Assembly (NCBI GenBank): GCA_963779225.1
Contig: CAVZWW010000003.1
Coordinates: 1,503,835 to 1,567,834 of the forward strand
Direction: 5' to 3'
DNA: 64,000 nt
From: an uncultured Bacteroidota bacterium
Lineage (GTDB): Bacteria > Bacteroidota > Ignavibacteria > UBA10030 > UBA6906
Shown in pieces: positions 35,191-45,006 of the stretch. Position numbers and translations under genes: made by a program. How positions within the stretch are numbered: the first letter of the stretch is position 1; every line of letters starts with the position of its first letter. The notes beneath the pieces were generated by a model. The model saw only the letters and a list, made by a program, of their open reading frames with translations, did not search any database and had not been told where the DNA came from.

Positions 35191-37278
35191 ATGCCCGGTC
35201 ATCACGGATGTGCCGTCACGCCCTGGCTTATCACGGTTCTTCTGGCGATTGCCTTCCCGTTTGAAGTGAGGGCCCAGATCACCCGGATTCTCCCCGTGAA
35301 AATCGGCGCAGCAATTCAGGCGGGCAGCGTACGGGTGACCTATGCGCCGCCGGCCGGAGCCGATACGCTGAAACCTTTTGACGGGAACCCTTTTACGGAG
35401 TTTGCCGCCCTCGCCAGCGATTCGATTGTGGTAACCCTGGAATGTGACTCGTTGGTCCACATGGAAAAGAGCAAAGTGTTCTTCTGGAACTCCGGGGTGT
35501 GGAAGCTGGAAATTGCCGATTCGCTCGCCCACTTGGACTCCCGAACAGGTTCGTATGCGGTCCTGACGGAAGGGAAGGCATTTTCCCCGTTCATGTGGGA
35601 TTCAGTGACGTTCGCCCCGCGCATTGCGCGCTTTGTCCGCCTCCGCGGGGTGAGCACACAGGGGCCGGGTATCTATATCGGGGAATGGATGCTGGAAGGG
35701 ACGGTGACCTTCACCTCCTTTGTCATTCTTCCCCCGGATCTCCGCGTGATTCCCGGCGGAGTGCTGCAATTGAGCGTAAACATCAAGGATGATCAGGGCG
35801 TGGTCCACCCTAACTTTTTGACCGAACCCCTGGATTGGGGAACGGGAGATCCCTCTATTGCCCGCGTCGATCCGGATGGCAAGTTGAGCGGGCTGGCTCT
35901 CGGTACGACCACCGTTACTGTGCGGACGGATGCACAGACCCTCTCGGGTACGGCGCCGGTTTCCGTTGTCCAGGACTTCCGGCCGGAGAAGGTGGCGCCG
36001 ATGATCGTTAAGGTCGCCGTCGTGTACCAGGACCCCATGTTGTCCTCTGCGAACCGGATACACGAAGAATTTCACTGGCGGGACCCCCGAGTGCTGGCAC
36101 CCGCGTTGGTCAAACACTTCCGGGAATGCACCGACAGTGTCGTGAACTTCCAGCTCACTGAGACGGTCGAAGCGACCCAGCTTTTTACGCGGTACAAAGG
36201 AACCTATATGACGGTCGAACAATATGTTCAGCTGCTGAAAGAGCCGGGGTGGTCGACGCTAAAGGCTGCTTCGGATAGCGGACAGCTTCAGTTCGACTAC
36301 CGGGAGTTTGTGAAGTTCTATCATTTCGATGACAAAAGAAATGCGGGCCAGATCGACGAAGTATGGGTCTTCGCGGGTCCGTATCTGTCCATGTGGGAGT
36401 CGCAGCTCATGGGTCCGAATGCATTCTGGTGGAACTCCCCCCCGATCAAGGATGGCACAGCACTGACCAGACTACTCTCGGTCATGGGACTCAACTACGA
36501 GCGGGGAGTGGATCAGGCGTTTCACAGCTTCGGACACCGTACCGAAAGTGCAATCGTTCAGGCATACCGCGAGGCTCAGGGGAAACCCTGGAATCCGCAA
36601 TCGCCAAACCCCACCCCTTGGGATCGGTTCACCCGCATCAACAAAGACATGCCCGGACAGGCACATGTGGGAAATGTCCATTTTCCGCCGAACGGGGTCA
36701 AGGACTACGATTACGGCAATACAACGCTGGTGACATCGTACGCAGAGAACTGGTACCGTTACCCCTATCTGTTCGAGCAAGTCAGCCAGGTGAATGTTTC
36801 AACATGGTACTATACTCCGGGAGAGCCGCTGGCTGAGGGTCTGGATCACCTCGGATACCTCCGCTGGTGGTACGGCCATCTGCCTCGTTATGTCGGCGTG
36901 TCGGACGGTGTGCTCAACAACTGGTGGCACTATGCCCTGGATTACGAATCTGCCGTCGCCCTGGCAAAAAGTCTGTCCTCTGCTGATGTCCCTTCCTTCA
37001 ACATGTCGATACCCGGGGAGTTGCAGCTGCAACAGAACTATCCGAACCCTTTTAATCCCTCGACGTCCATAGAGTTTACTCTTGGAACACGTTCCCCTGT
37101 GACGCTGCAGGTGTTCAATGTTCTGGGACAGTGTGTCGCGCACGTGCTTGATGGCGTGGCGGATGCGGGCCCGCACCGGCTGCAGTTTGACGGACAAGCA
37201 CTTGCTTCCGGCATCTACTTCTATCGCCTGTCAACGCCGCTGGGAGTGTCAACCAAGAAAATGACTCTGGTGAAATAA
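35191..37278 (+). CDS. secreted protein with a bacterial Ig-like (BIG2) domain, an unassigned approximately 370-aa domain and a C-terminal T9SS sorting domain
   Basis: AGGAGAGG ribosome-binding site. The BIG2-like segment is VIPGGVLQLSVNI...GTTTVTV. The C-terminus LQQNYPNPFNPSTSIEFTLG...SGIYFYRL...KKMTLVK is a canonical T9SS sorting domain. Confidence 0.7.
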   Translation: MPGHHGCAVTPWLITVLLAIAFPFEVRAQITRILPVKIGAAIQAGSVRVTYAPPAGADTLKPFDGNPFTEFAALASDSIVVTLECDSLVHMEKSKVFFWNSGVWKLEIADSLAHLDSRTGSYAVLTEGKAFSPFMWDSVTFAPRIARFVRLRGVSTQGPGIYIGEWMLEGTVTFTSFVILPPDLRVIPGGVLQLSVNIKDDQGVVHPNFLTEPLDWGTGDPSIARVDPDGKLSGLALGTTTVTVRTDAQTLSGTAPVSVVQDFRPEKVAPMIVKVAVVYQDPMLSSANRIHEEFHWRDPRVLAPALVKHFRECTDSVVNFQLTETVEATQLFTRYKGTYMTVEQYVQLLKEPGWSTLKAASDSGQLQFDYREFVKFYHFDDKRNAGQIDEVWVFAGPYLSMWESQLMGPNAFWWNSPPIKDGTALTRLLSVMGLNYERGVDQAFHSFGHRTESAIVQAYREAQGKPWNPQSPNPTPWDRFTRINKDMPGQAHVGNVHFPPNGVKDYDYGNTTLVTSYAENWYRYPYLFEQVSQVNVSTWYYTPGEPLAEGLDHLGYLRWWYGHLPRYVGVSDGVLNNWWHYALDYESAVALAKSLSSADVPSFNMSIPGELQLQQNYPNPFNPSTSIEFTLGTRSPVTLQVFNVLGQCVAHVLDGVADAGPHRLQFDGQALASGIYFYRLSTPLGVSTKKMTLVK

Positions 37279-40200
37279 TGCGTCGACGCCTGGTTTTTCT
37301 GTCGCTCTTCTTTGTCACGACCGCTGTGTCTCTCGGCCTCGAATCCCGCCGGGTCACGGTTGGGTACGCGACGTTCACCTCCCGGTTGACGGCTGAAGAC
37401 AGTGCTGCCCTGGCCTGGCTCACGCGCAATCCGCTCTTCACGGTTGCCGTAGTGCCGCTTGATACTCCCGCCCCGGCCATCCCGGCGTATGACCTAGTCT
37501 GGGTTCATCTTCCGGATTCCGCGGCCTACCGGAACAGTCTTTCCGGCGAATCCGGCCGGAAGGTCTTGACAACGTATGCTGCACGAGGAGGAAAGCTGCT
37601 CTGCACGGGCTTTGCCGCATTCCTGGCCAACGATCTGGGTTTTGAACGGATCCGGCCCACGGTACGGTATGATACCCTGCAGGACGATTGGCTCTGGGAC
37701 AAAAAAGGATTCCAGAGTCACCTGGGACACCCGATCTTCGCAGGCCTCTTTGGAGGGGATTATGTCTGGGACGCGCGCGAGGATCAGGTTTTGCCCGTCG
37801 TTGGCTACTACGATATGGCGTGGCCCGCACAGAGCAAAGTGCTGGCGGTGGAAAAATCCTACGTGTTCATGCACGCAGAGCGCAAAACAGTCCTGGAACT
37901 TCGCGCTCAGAAAGGCCGGATGATCTCCATCGGCGGACTCATCTACTTTGCCCGGCAAAACACCATGCGCCGCACCATGGAGAAGTTTCTCGAGAACACG
38001 CTCCTGTACCTTGCCGGCCGGAATACAGGCGGACCCGTTACGACGTGGGAACCCTCTGACGGTGTGCCCCGGCCGTTGACCGTCGGTTCCCGCCCACTCC
38101 GTCTGTCGGGCGAGCGGGATCTTCGACATCTTTCTGCCAGCGGATTGATGCTCTCCCGCGAGCGTCCGGAAAACGCGTTCTTTGATCTTGCCGGCAGGCG
38201 TGCGCTGGTGATGGGTCATGAGAACGGGGGCATCGATGAAGTGTGGATCCATCCCATACGGGTGTTGCGCGACTATCAGGCGGGGATTGTATCGGGAGAT
38301 TCCGTCGCCTGGCTCCGGAACTTTCCGGTTTCAGTCGAGATAAGACCTGAATCGTTTACGCGCGTCTTCACATTGCCGGATGGACGCCTCACGGAGATCA
38401 TCTATCCTTCCTTCGACCGCGCCGGAGGGCTCGTCCACTATGAAGCTTCAAGGCCGCTGCGCATCATGATCCGCTTCCGCGCGGACCTGAGATTGATGTG
38501 GCCGTATGATGCGAGCGCCCTCGGGAACGCCTACTATGGGTACGACGAACCCTTGCGCGCCCTCCACGTGCGTGACAGCAGCGGGACATTTGCCTGCGTA
38601 TTTGGCGCAGACGCTCCGCCGCGTTCGCACCTCGCAGGCCCCTATGCGACCGTTGACCGCGGTCCGGAGGGCCTGACAGGAACACCAACCGGGGCCAATC
38701 AGGTGGCATTCGGGGCCGAATATGACATCAGACCGGAGACGCGGCATGTCCTCAACTTCTGTTTCGCCGGGACGAACGAAGGATGGAGGGTCGCGCTGGA
38801 AGACTACAGGTCTCTGCTCGAACACCCGGAGACAACCCATCGGGAGCTAGTCCGGCATTACCGGACACTTCTTTCGCGGAGTCTTTCCATCAGCTCACCC
38901 GATGCCGAATTCAACCGCCTCTGGCCATGGGCGATTGTGGGGGCGGACCGTTTTGTCACCCGCACACCCGGACTCGGCACGGGGCTCGTTGCGGGATTCT
39001 CTACCGTTGCACGGGGTTGGGATGGCGCCCAGAAGATATCCGGGAGGCCGGGGTATGCCTGGTACTTCGGAAGGGATGCGGCCTGGTCAAGTTTCGCTCT
39101 CGACGGCTACGGCGACTTCGCGACCGTACGCAAGCAGCTGGAGCTGTATCAACATTTCCAGTATTTCTCGGGGAAGATCTACCATGAGCTCATGACCAGC
39201 GGGGTTGTCCATTTTGACGCCTCCGATGCGACGCCGCTATACGTTATTCTGGCGGGACATTATATGAGGGCGTCCGGCGATATCGACTTCATCAAGAAGA
39301 GCTGGCCCTCCCTGGAGCGCGCAATGGATTTTCTCTATTCTACGGACACCGACGGCGATGGACTCATTGAAAATACCGATGTCGGGCACGGGTGGATGGA
39401 GCCGGGAGGATCCCTGTTCGGCGTGCACTCGGAAATGCATCTGTCTGTACTCTGGTCGCAGGCATTGCGCGAGGCGGCCTCGATTGCACAGGTTCTTGGA
39501 AAGAACGAGCTGGGTACGAAGTACGGCACCGACGCCGAAACGGTCCGGGTGATTGTCAACCGCGATTTCTGGAATCCCCGGACGCAATTCTTCAATTATG
39601 GCAAGTTGAAAGGCGGGGGATTCCGGGAGGAACCGACTGCTCTTGCCGCGGCCGGCGCGCTCTATGGACTGCTTGATGATGCCAAAGCCCGGCCGATGCT
39701 GGACCAGCTTGCCGCCAACGGGTTCTCGACCAACTGGGGGGTGCGGGTTGTCAGCGGAACTTCACCGATCTTCAACCCCCGCAGCTACCAGGAAGGCAGT
39801 GTGTGGCCGCTGATGACCGGATGGACCGCTCTCGGCGAATACACATACGGGAATTCCACTCAGGGGTTTACGCATGTCATGAACGTGCTTCGGATCAAGA
39901 ATCTCTGGTCCATGGGGTTCGTACAGGAAGTGATGCACGGTGCCGTCAACCGGCCGGCCGGCGTCTGCCCGCATCAGTGCTGGTCAGAAACCGCCATCCT
40001 GCATCCCGCCATCGAAGGAATGGTGGGCTGGAGTCCGGATGCGCCGCACCGTTCGGCGTTCCTCCGTCCCCGTTTTCCCCTTCACTGGGATTCGGTGTCG
40101 GTGTCGAACCTGAGGGTCGGTTCGACGGTCTTACAGTGCACAATGAATCGTGCACGACGAACGACGGTCTATACCGTGAGGCGGCTGAAAGGGCCTCCCT

Positions 40201-40655
40201 GTCTCGTGCACCTCGCACCGGAAATTCCTCCCAGCATGGAGGTGACCGCGGTAAAGGTCAACGGCGTGCGGACGGAGTTTGATCGCGGGACGTTCCGCGG
40301 GACCCTGCGCACTCCCATCCAGGTCATGGTGAAGAACACCGCGACGGTTGCATTGGAACATACCGGAGGGATAGGGTTGGTGCCGGTTGTTCCGCGCCCC
40401 GCACCGGGCGACAGCGCCATGGGAACGCGCATCGTTTCGACGACGCTCGATGACGCCATGTACTCGATTACCGTGGAAGGGAAACAGGGGGAAGAGGTGG
40501 TGTTTCCCGTCGTGTTGTTCGACCATGCACTCCCATCAGTTCAGGGAGCCCGGCTCCGGGCCGGACTCCGGAAGGGCACCGCTGAACTTCTGGTCACGTT
40601 CGACCGTGCAGCTACCGTGCTTCAGCGCAAGACCGTCCGGCTGCAATTGAGATAA
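37278..40655 (+). CDS. large secreted protein (1125 aa): an N-terminal class-I glutamine-amidotransferase-like/ThuA-like region plus a C-terminal GDE_C-like (amylo-alpha-1,6-glucosidase-type) (alpha/alpha)6 barrel
   Basis: A signal peptide is present. SYQEGSVWPLMTGW resembles the GDE_C motif SYHNGSVWPHDN. The N-terminal region has a DJ-1/ThuA-like pattern. There is no T9SS sorting domain. Confidence 0.55.
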   Translation: MRRRLVFLSLFFVTTAVSLGLESRRVTVGYATFTSRLTAEDSAALAWLTRNPLFTVAVVPLDTPAPAIPAYDLVWVHLPDSAAYRNSLSGESGRKVLTTYAARGGKLLCTGFAAFLANDLGFERIRPTVRYDTLQDDWLWDKKGFQSHLGHPIFAGLFGGDYVWDAREDQVLPVVGYYDMAWPAQSKVLAVEKSYVFMHAERKTVLELRAQKGRMISIGGLIYFARQNTMRRTMEKFLENTLLYLAGRNTGGPVTTWEPSDGVPRPLTVGSRPLRLSGERDLRHLSASGLMLSRERPENAFFDLAGRRALVMGHENGGIDEVWIHPIRVLRDYQAGIVSGDSVAWLRNFPVSVEIRPESFTRVFTLPDGRLTEIIYPSFDRAGGLVHYEASRPLRIMIRFRADLRLMWPYDASALGNAYYGYDEPLRALHVRDSSGTFACVFGADAPPRSHLAGPYATVDRGPEGLTGTPTGANQVAFGAEYDIRPETRHVLNFCFAGTNEGWRVALEDYRSLLEHPETTHRELVRHYRTLLSRSLSISSPDAEFNRLWPWAIVGADRFVTRTPGLGTGLVAGFSTVARGWDGAQKISGRPGYAWYFGRDAAWSSFALDGYGDFATVRKQLELYQHFQYFSGKIYHELMTSGVVHFDASDATPLYVILAGHYMRASGDIDFIKKSWPSLERAMDFLYSTDTDGDGLIENTDVGHGWMEPGGSLFGVHSEMHLSVLWSQALREAASIAQVLGKNELGTKYGTDAETVRVIVNRDFWNPRTQFFNYGKLKGGGFREEPTALAAAGALYGLLDDAKARPMLDQLAANGFSTNWGVRVVSGTSPIFNPRSYQEGSVWPLMTGWTALGEYTYGNSTQGFTHVMNVLRIKNLWSMGFVQEVMHGAVNRPAGVCPHQCWSETAILHPAIEGMVGWSPDAPHRSAFLRPRFPLHWDSVSVSNLRVGSTVLQCTMNRARRTTVYTVRRLKGPPCLVHLAPEIPPSMEVTAVKVNGVRTEFDRGTFRGTLRTPIQVMVKNTATVALEHTGGIGLVPVVPRPAPGDSAMGTRIVSTTLDDAMYSITVEGKQGEEVVFPVVLFDHALPSVQGARLRAGLRKGTAELLVTFDRAATVLQRKTVRLQLR

Positions 40656-40658
40656 GCA

Positions 40659-41768
40659 GTGAGGTACCTTGTGAACCGCAAGATTCAACGCAAAGGCAAA
40701 CCCGGGAAGCGTGGACCCCGGCGGGTGACGGCGCTGGATGTTGCCACAGCGCTGGGCCTCTCGACAATGACCGTCTCGCGTGCGTTGAACCGGAGACCGA
40801 ACGTGGACGAAGAGACACGTTCACGGGTGTTGAAGACGGCCAAACGACTGGGATACAGTCCGAACGACATTGCCAAGAGCCTCGCGCTGAACAAGACCAA
40901 CATCATCGGTGTTGTGGTCCCTGAGATATCCCATTCCTTCTTCCCCGAGACGATTCGAGGGATCGAAGGGGTCACCTATGCGGGCGGGTATAATCTGATT
41001 TTGATGCACTCCGCCGAAATCGCCATGCGGGAGCGGGATGCCATAAAGACGCTCGAATCGAAACGGGTCGATGGCATTCTCATTTCGACGGCCCAGGATA
41101 TCACGGATTCCCAGCTGTACGAGAGACTGATCCGGCTGGGTGTGCCGGTGGTGTTTTTCGACCGGTGTATCCGGGGGATCGGAGCAACGTGTGTCAGCAT
41201 TGACGACGAGGAGAGCTCGCGTACGATCACGGGACATCTTCTTGATCATGGATACCGGAGAATCGGGCATCTTGCCGGGCCCCAGAAGATTTCGATTGGG
41301 AGAGAGCGTCTCATTGGGTTCAGGCGTGCGATGGCCGACCGTATGGTGTCCGTTGATGAACGTCTCATCGTGGAGTGCGGGTTTCATGAATCGGGGGGCT
41401 ATGCATCTGCGAACATGATTCTGGATCGTCCCGCAGAAGACCGGCCCCGGGCGATTGTTGCCGTCAACGATCCCGCCGCCTTCGGTGCAATGAGGGCGAT
41501 CCTTGATCGTGGCCTCAGGATTCCGGATGACATTGCCCTGGTGGGATTCTCGGATGATATCCGGGCTTCGCTCATGCCCGTTCCTCTGACAACAATCTGC
41601 CAGCCAGCCTACGCGCTCGGCAAACTTGCAGCGGAAAAACTCCTTGCCATCATCGAGGGAAGATCTTCCGCTCCCGAAGAACTCGTCGTGAAGACCGAAC
41701 TGGTGATCCGCAAATCCTGCGGGTGCGGTGACGGACGGAGGCTCCCACTTTCAGGAACCACTGTATGA
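40659..41768 (+). CDS. LacI-family transcriptional regulator
   Basis: The helix-turn-helix VTALDVATALGLSTMTVSRALN is followed by a periplasmic-binding-protein-like sugar-binding core. The start may be GTG 40671 (GTGAGG ribosome-binding site). This is the candidate cognate regulator of the repeated palindrome. Confidence 0.85.
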   Translation: MRYLVNRKIQRKGKPGKRGPRRVTALDVATALGLSTMTVSRALNRRPNVDEETRSRVLKTAKRLGYSPNDIAKSLALNKTNIIGVVVPEISHSFFPETIRGIEGVTYAGGYNLILMHSAEIAMRERDAIKTLESKRVDGILISTAQDITDSQLYERLIRLGVPVVFFDRCIRGIGATCVSIDDEESSRTITGHLLDHGYRRIGHLAGPQKISIGRERLIGFRRAMADRMVSVDERLIVECGFHESGGYASANMILDRPAEDRPRAIVAVNDPAAFGAMRAILDRGLRIPDDIALVGFSDDIRASLMPVPLTTICQPAYALGKLAAEKLLAIIEGRSSAPEELVVKTELVIRKSCGCGDGRRLPLSGTTV

Positions 41769-42682
41769 AACCTGATATTGTCGTCCTCGGGAGCTCCAAC
41801 ACCGACATGGTGGTGCGGTTGCCGCGTCTGCCCGGACCCGGGGAAACGATTCTGGGAGGAGTGTTTTCCATGGTGCCGGGAGGGAAGGGGGCAAACCAGG
41901 CGATTGCGGCGGCACGGGCGGGGGGTCAGGTCACGTTCATCGGCAGAGTAGGGGGGGATTCCTTTGGCCGTGAAGCGGTGGCTGCCTTGCGCGCGGAGCA
42001 GATCGAACTGACCTATCTGACAAGCGATACAGGCCATCCATCCGGGGTGGCGCTGATCTGTGTGGATGCCCGGGGGGAGAATGCTATCGCTGTGGCGCCG
42101 GGGGCAAACGGAGAAGTGTCCCCCGGAGATGTGGAACGTGCCCGCGAGGCAATCGCGAAGGCTGACATCCTTGTTGCACAATTCGAGGTACCCCTGCCGT
42201 CAGTGCACGCCGCGGCACAGGTGGCCGCTTCAAGCGGCACACGGTTTATCCTGAATCCCGCCCCTGCTTTGCCGGTCGACGATGAATTCCTCCGTACCGT
42301 GTCAGTACTGACACCCAACAAACATGAAGCGGAAGTGTTGACCGGCGTGCGGATCGCAGACGACAGAGATATCGTCCGGGCGGCGCACGCTCTCCAGTTC
42401 CGCGGCGCGGAAAGAGTGATCATCACGCTCGGCGAGAGAGGGGCCTATGTGCGGGAGAACGATGAGAGTGCCTGGATTCCCGCGTTCAAAGTGAACACCG
42501 TTGACTCTACCGGAGCCGGCGACGTCTTTAGCGGAGCTCTCGCGGTCGCACTCGGAGAGGGCCTTCCACTCTTCGACGCAGCACGTTTCGCAACCGCCGC
42601 CGCCGCTATCGCCGTCACGCGACAAGGCGCCCAACCATCAGCGCCCACACGGGGCGAGATTGATTCACTCCTGCGCGGCTGA
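41765..42682 (+). CDS. rbsK: ribokinase (PfkB family)
   Basis: Motifs VLGSSNTDMVV, GGKGANQA and TGAGDVFSGALAV match the ribokinase signatures. Confidence 0.8.
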   Translation: MKPDIVVLGSSNTDMVVRLPRLPGPGETILGGVFSMVPGGKGANQAIAAARAGGQVTFIGRVGGDSFGREAVAALRAEQIELTYLTSDTGHPSGVALICVDARGENAIAVAPGANGEVSPGDVERAREAIAKADILVAQFEVPLPSVHAAAQVAASSGTRFILNPAPALPVDDEFLRTVSVLTPNKHEAEVLTGVRIADDRDIVRAAHALQFRGAERVIITLGERGAYVRENDESAWIPAFKVNTVDSTGAGDVFSGALAVALGEGLPLFDAARFATAAAAIAVTRQGAQPSAPTRGEIDSLLRG

Positions 42683-42698
42683 GCCGCAGGGGATGCAC

Positions 42699-43853
42699 AT
42701 GCCACAGGTTATCGAAATCGGGGTCACCACTGAAGAAATCGCCGCACGGCGAAGGCGCGTCGAACAGGTAAGACTGTTCGCATTGCCTGATCGGGTCCCG
42801 GTCATCCCGGCAATCGCACACCGTTTCCTGGTTCCGAAGACCGGCACGCGTTTCCGGGACTACTACAGCGATCCGGAAACGATGCTCCATACGCAAATTC
42901 TTGCGCAGAAGTGGCTCCTGGAACACGTCCGGACGGATGCGTACAGTATCACCGGGCCCTGGGTGGGAGCATGGACGGATTTTCAGAACACCTTTGAAGC
43001 CGGGAGCCTTGGGTGTGAGATCCTGTTTTCTGATGATGACATCCCCTGGGTGGGGAATGGCTGGGTGAAAACGGACGCCGACCTCCGGCGCCTGGAGGCA
43101 ATGGATGTCGTTCATTCCGGTATCAATGCCCGGCAGATCGCCTATCGCCGTGGAATGATGGAAATCGCGGACCGGTACCCCGTGCGATTCCTCGGGGGAG
43201 AGGTGTTCTACCCCGGCCGGAACCCCTCGTTGACGCACACTTCTGACGGTCCGTTCGGCGTTGCAGGGGACCTGATGGGACAAACCGAACTTTTTGTTGC
43301 AGTGAAGGAACAGCCGGAATTCGTGCGCGAACTCCTGCGCATTGTCACCGATCACCTGATCACCTACCTCGATTTCTGCTGGGAAGAAGAACATTTGCCC
43401 CTCCCGCGCGACCTTGCCTGGACGGACGATCTGGCTGTGTCTCTTTCGGCGGAAACATACAGGGACCTGGTATTGCCATTTGAGCGCCGCCTCCGTTTTC
43501 ACTTCGATGGGCGACTCAGTCTACATATGTGCGGTGCCAGCGATCATCTGCTCGAAATCTTCCGCGACGATCTGGCGATTCATGAATTTCAGGGTTTTGG
43601 GTACCAGGTACGGCTTGACCGTGTTGCGAGCGTAATGGGCGGACGCGTGGTGTTGATCGGCAACGTGAACCCCATGCTGATCCACGCAGGCACGCCGGAA
43701 GAGGTGCGTGAAGCAACACGAATGGTGATTGAATCCCTGGGGCCGCACCGCGGACTGATCATCCAGGACGGAAGCAATATTCCGCCCGGATCGCCTCTGG
43801 AAAACATCAATGCCATGATGGAAGCTGCCGAACGTTATGGGCGTTATACCTGA
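42699..43853 (+). CDS. uroporphyrinogen-decarboxylase (URO-D)/MtaA-like family protein (function unknown in glycan loci); paralog 1
   Basis: URO-D-like TIM-barrel pattern (DRVPVIPAIAHRF..., ...HMCGASDHLLEIF...). The start could also be ATG 42693. Confidence 0.6.
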   Translation: MPQVIEIGVTTEEIAARRRRVEQVRLFALPDRVPVIPAIAHRFLVPKTGTRFRDYYSDPETMLHTQILAQKWLLEHVRTDAYSITGPWVGAWTDFQNTFEAGSLGCEILFSDDDIPWVGNGWVKTDADLRRLEAMDVVHSGINARQIAYRRGMMEIADRYPVRFLGGEVFYPGRNPSLTHTSDGPFGVAGDLMGQTELFVAVKEQPEFVRELLRIVTDHLITYLDFCWEEEHLPLPRDLAWTDDLAVSLSAETYRDLVLPFERRLRFHFDGRLSLHMCGASDHLLEIFRDDLAIHEFQGFGYQVRLDRVASVMGGRVVLIGNVNPMLIHAGTPEEVREATRMVIESLGPHRGLIIQDGSNIPPGSPLENINAMMEAAERYGRYT

Positions 43854-45003
43854 ACCACCGTACGGATCCCGCGACCGGGCTGTCGAAGCCCGGTCGTTTC
43901 TTTCGCGCATGTGGCATCTCGAGAACGCAGAACGGCCCGGATTCATGTTCGGCTATGTCGGACCACGCGTAAGGGGAGGTGAGCCGATACGGAGCGCTCT
44001 TTTCTCCACCGAAGGTGCCGGAACCGTTCGCAGCCGCCTGCTGGATGCCGGGAAGTTCCTGAATGCCCAGCTCACAGAGAACGAAGCAGTGGCGGCCCTT
44101 CCAGGAGATGTGGTTCCTTCGGTGTGCCCCGCCTTCGGTGTGGTGGGCATCCCTTCGGCATTTGGCTGTGAGGTGGTGTGGTGGGAAGACAATCTCCCGG
44201 CCGTACGACCGCTTGCAGGGCTTGATCCCGGCAGGATTCTGGAGATGGAGAAGCCATCCGTCCGCGCCGGCGAACTCGGCCGTGTGCTCGAGTACACAGC
44301 CGAGTTCGTACGGAAGACCGGGGGACGTGTGCCGGTGCGGCTGACCGATATCCAGGGACCGCTGGACAGCGCGGCCCTCATCGTGGGTCATACGGAATTC
44401 CTCAGCCTGCTCTCCATGAACCCTGCCGCAGCGCATCATCTTCTGCGCCTGGTTACCGAGTTTGCCATCGAACTGGTGAAGGCACAGCGCGAGATTGTCC
44501 GGGAATCGGGCGTGGAGTTTGTCCCCAGCATGTTCCAGCCATGGATGCCGGATGGGTTCGGGGTGTCCGTGGCGAATGACGAAAGCGTGATGATCTCTGC
44601 GGGGATGCACGATGAATTCTCCGTTCCCTACCTCAACATCCTGTCTGAAGAATTCGGCGGGGTGGCAATACACTCCTGCGGTGATTGGACACATCAGTTC
44701 ACCAGTCTCGAAAAGGTTCGTCATCTCCGGGGATTGGAGTTCGGTGCAAGTGAGGCGCCCTATGAGCGTGTTCTCGAATACTTCGGGGGCCGGACCGTGC
44801 TCGCGTGCCGCGTCGGCCTCCACCGTGATATTCAATTTGACGGAATGAAGGACTATGTCGGCAGGATTCTCCAGACGGCGCGAACGTTCAGAGGGCTCTT
44901 CATCAATGTCGATATCACGAACGGGATCGTGGATACGACCTGGCCCGAAACGGACATGGAGGAGATCGCACGGATGATAACCTCTCTCCCGGAAAGGACC
45001 TGA
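43837..45003 (+). CDS. URO-D/MtaA-like family protein; paralog 2
   Basis: Similar fold pattern (...IHSCGDWTHQFTSL...). It overlaps the previous gene by 17 nt. Confidence 0.55.
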   Translation: MGVIPEPPYGSRDRAVEARSFLSRMWHLENAERPGFMFGYVGPRVRGGEPIRSALFSTEGAGTVRSRLLDAGKFLNAQLTENEAVAALPGDVVPSVCPAFGVVGIPSAFGCEVVWWEDNLPAVRPLAGLDPGRILEMEKPSVRAGELGRVLEYTAEFVRKTGGRVPVRLTDIQGPLDSAALIVGHTEFLSLLSMNPAAAHHLLRLVTEFAIELVKAQREIVRESGVEFVPSMFQPWMPDGFGVSVANDESVMISAGMHDEFSVPYLNILSEEFGGVAIHSCGDWTHQFTSLEKVRHLRGLEFGASEAPYERVLEYFGGRTVLACRVGLHRDIQFDGMKDYVGRILQTARTFRGLFINVDITNGIVDTTWPETDMEEIARMITSLPERT

Positions 45004-45006
45004 TCG

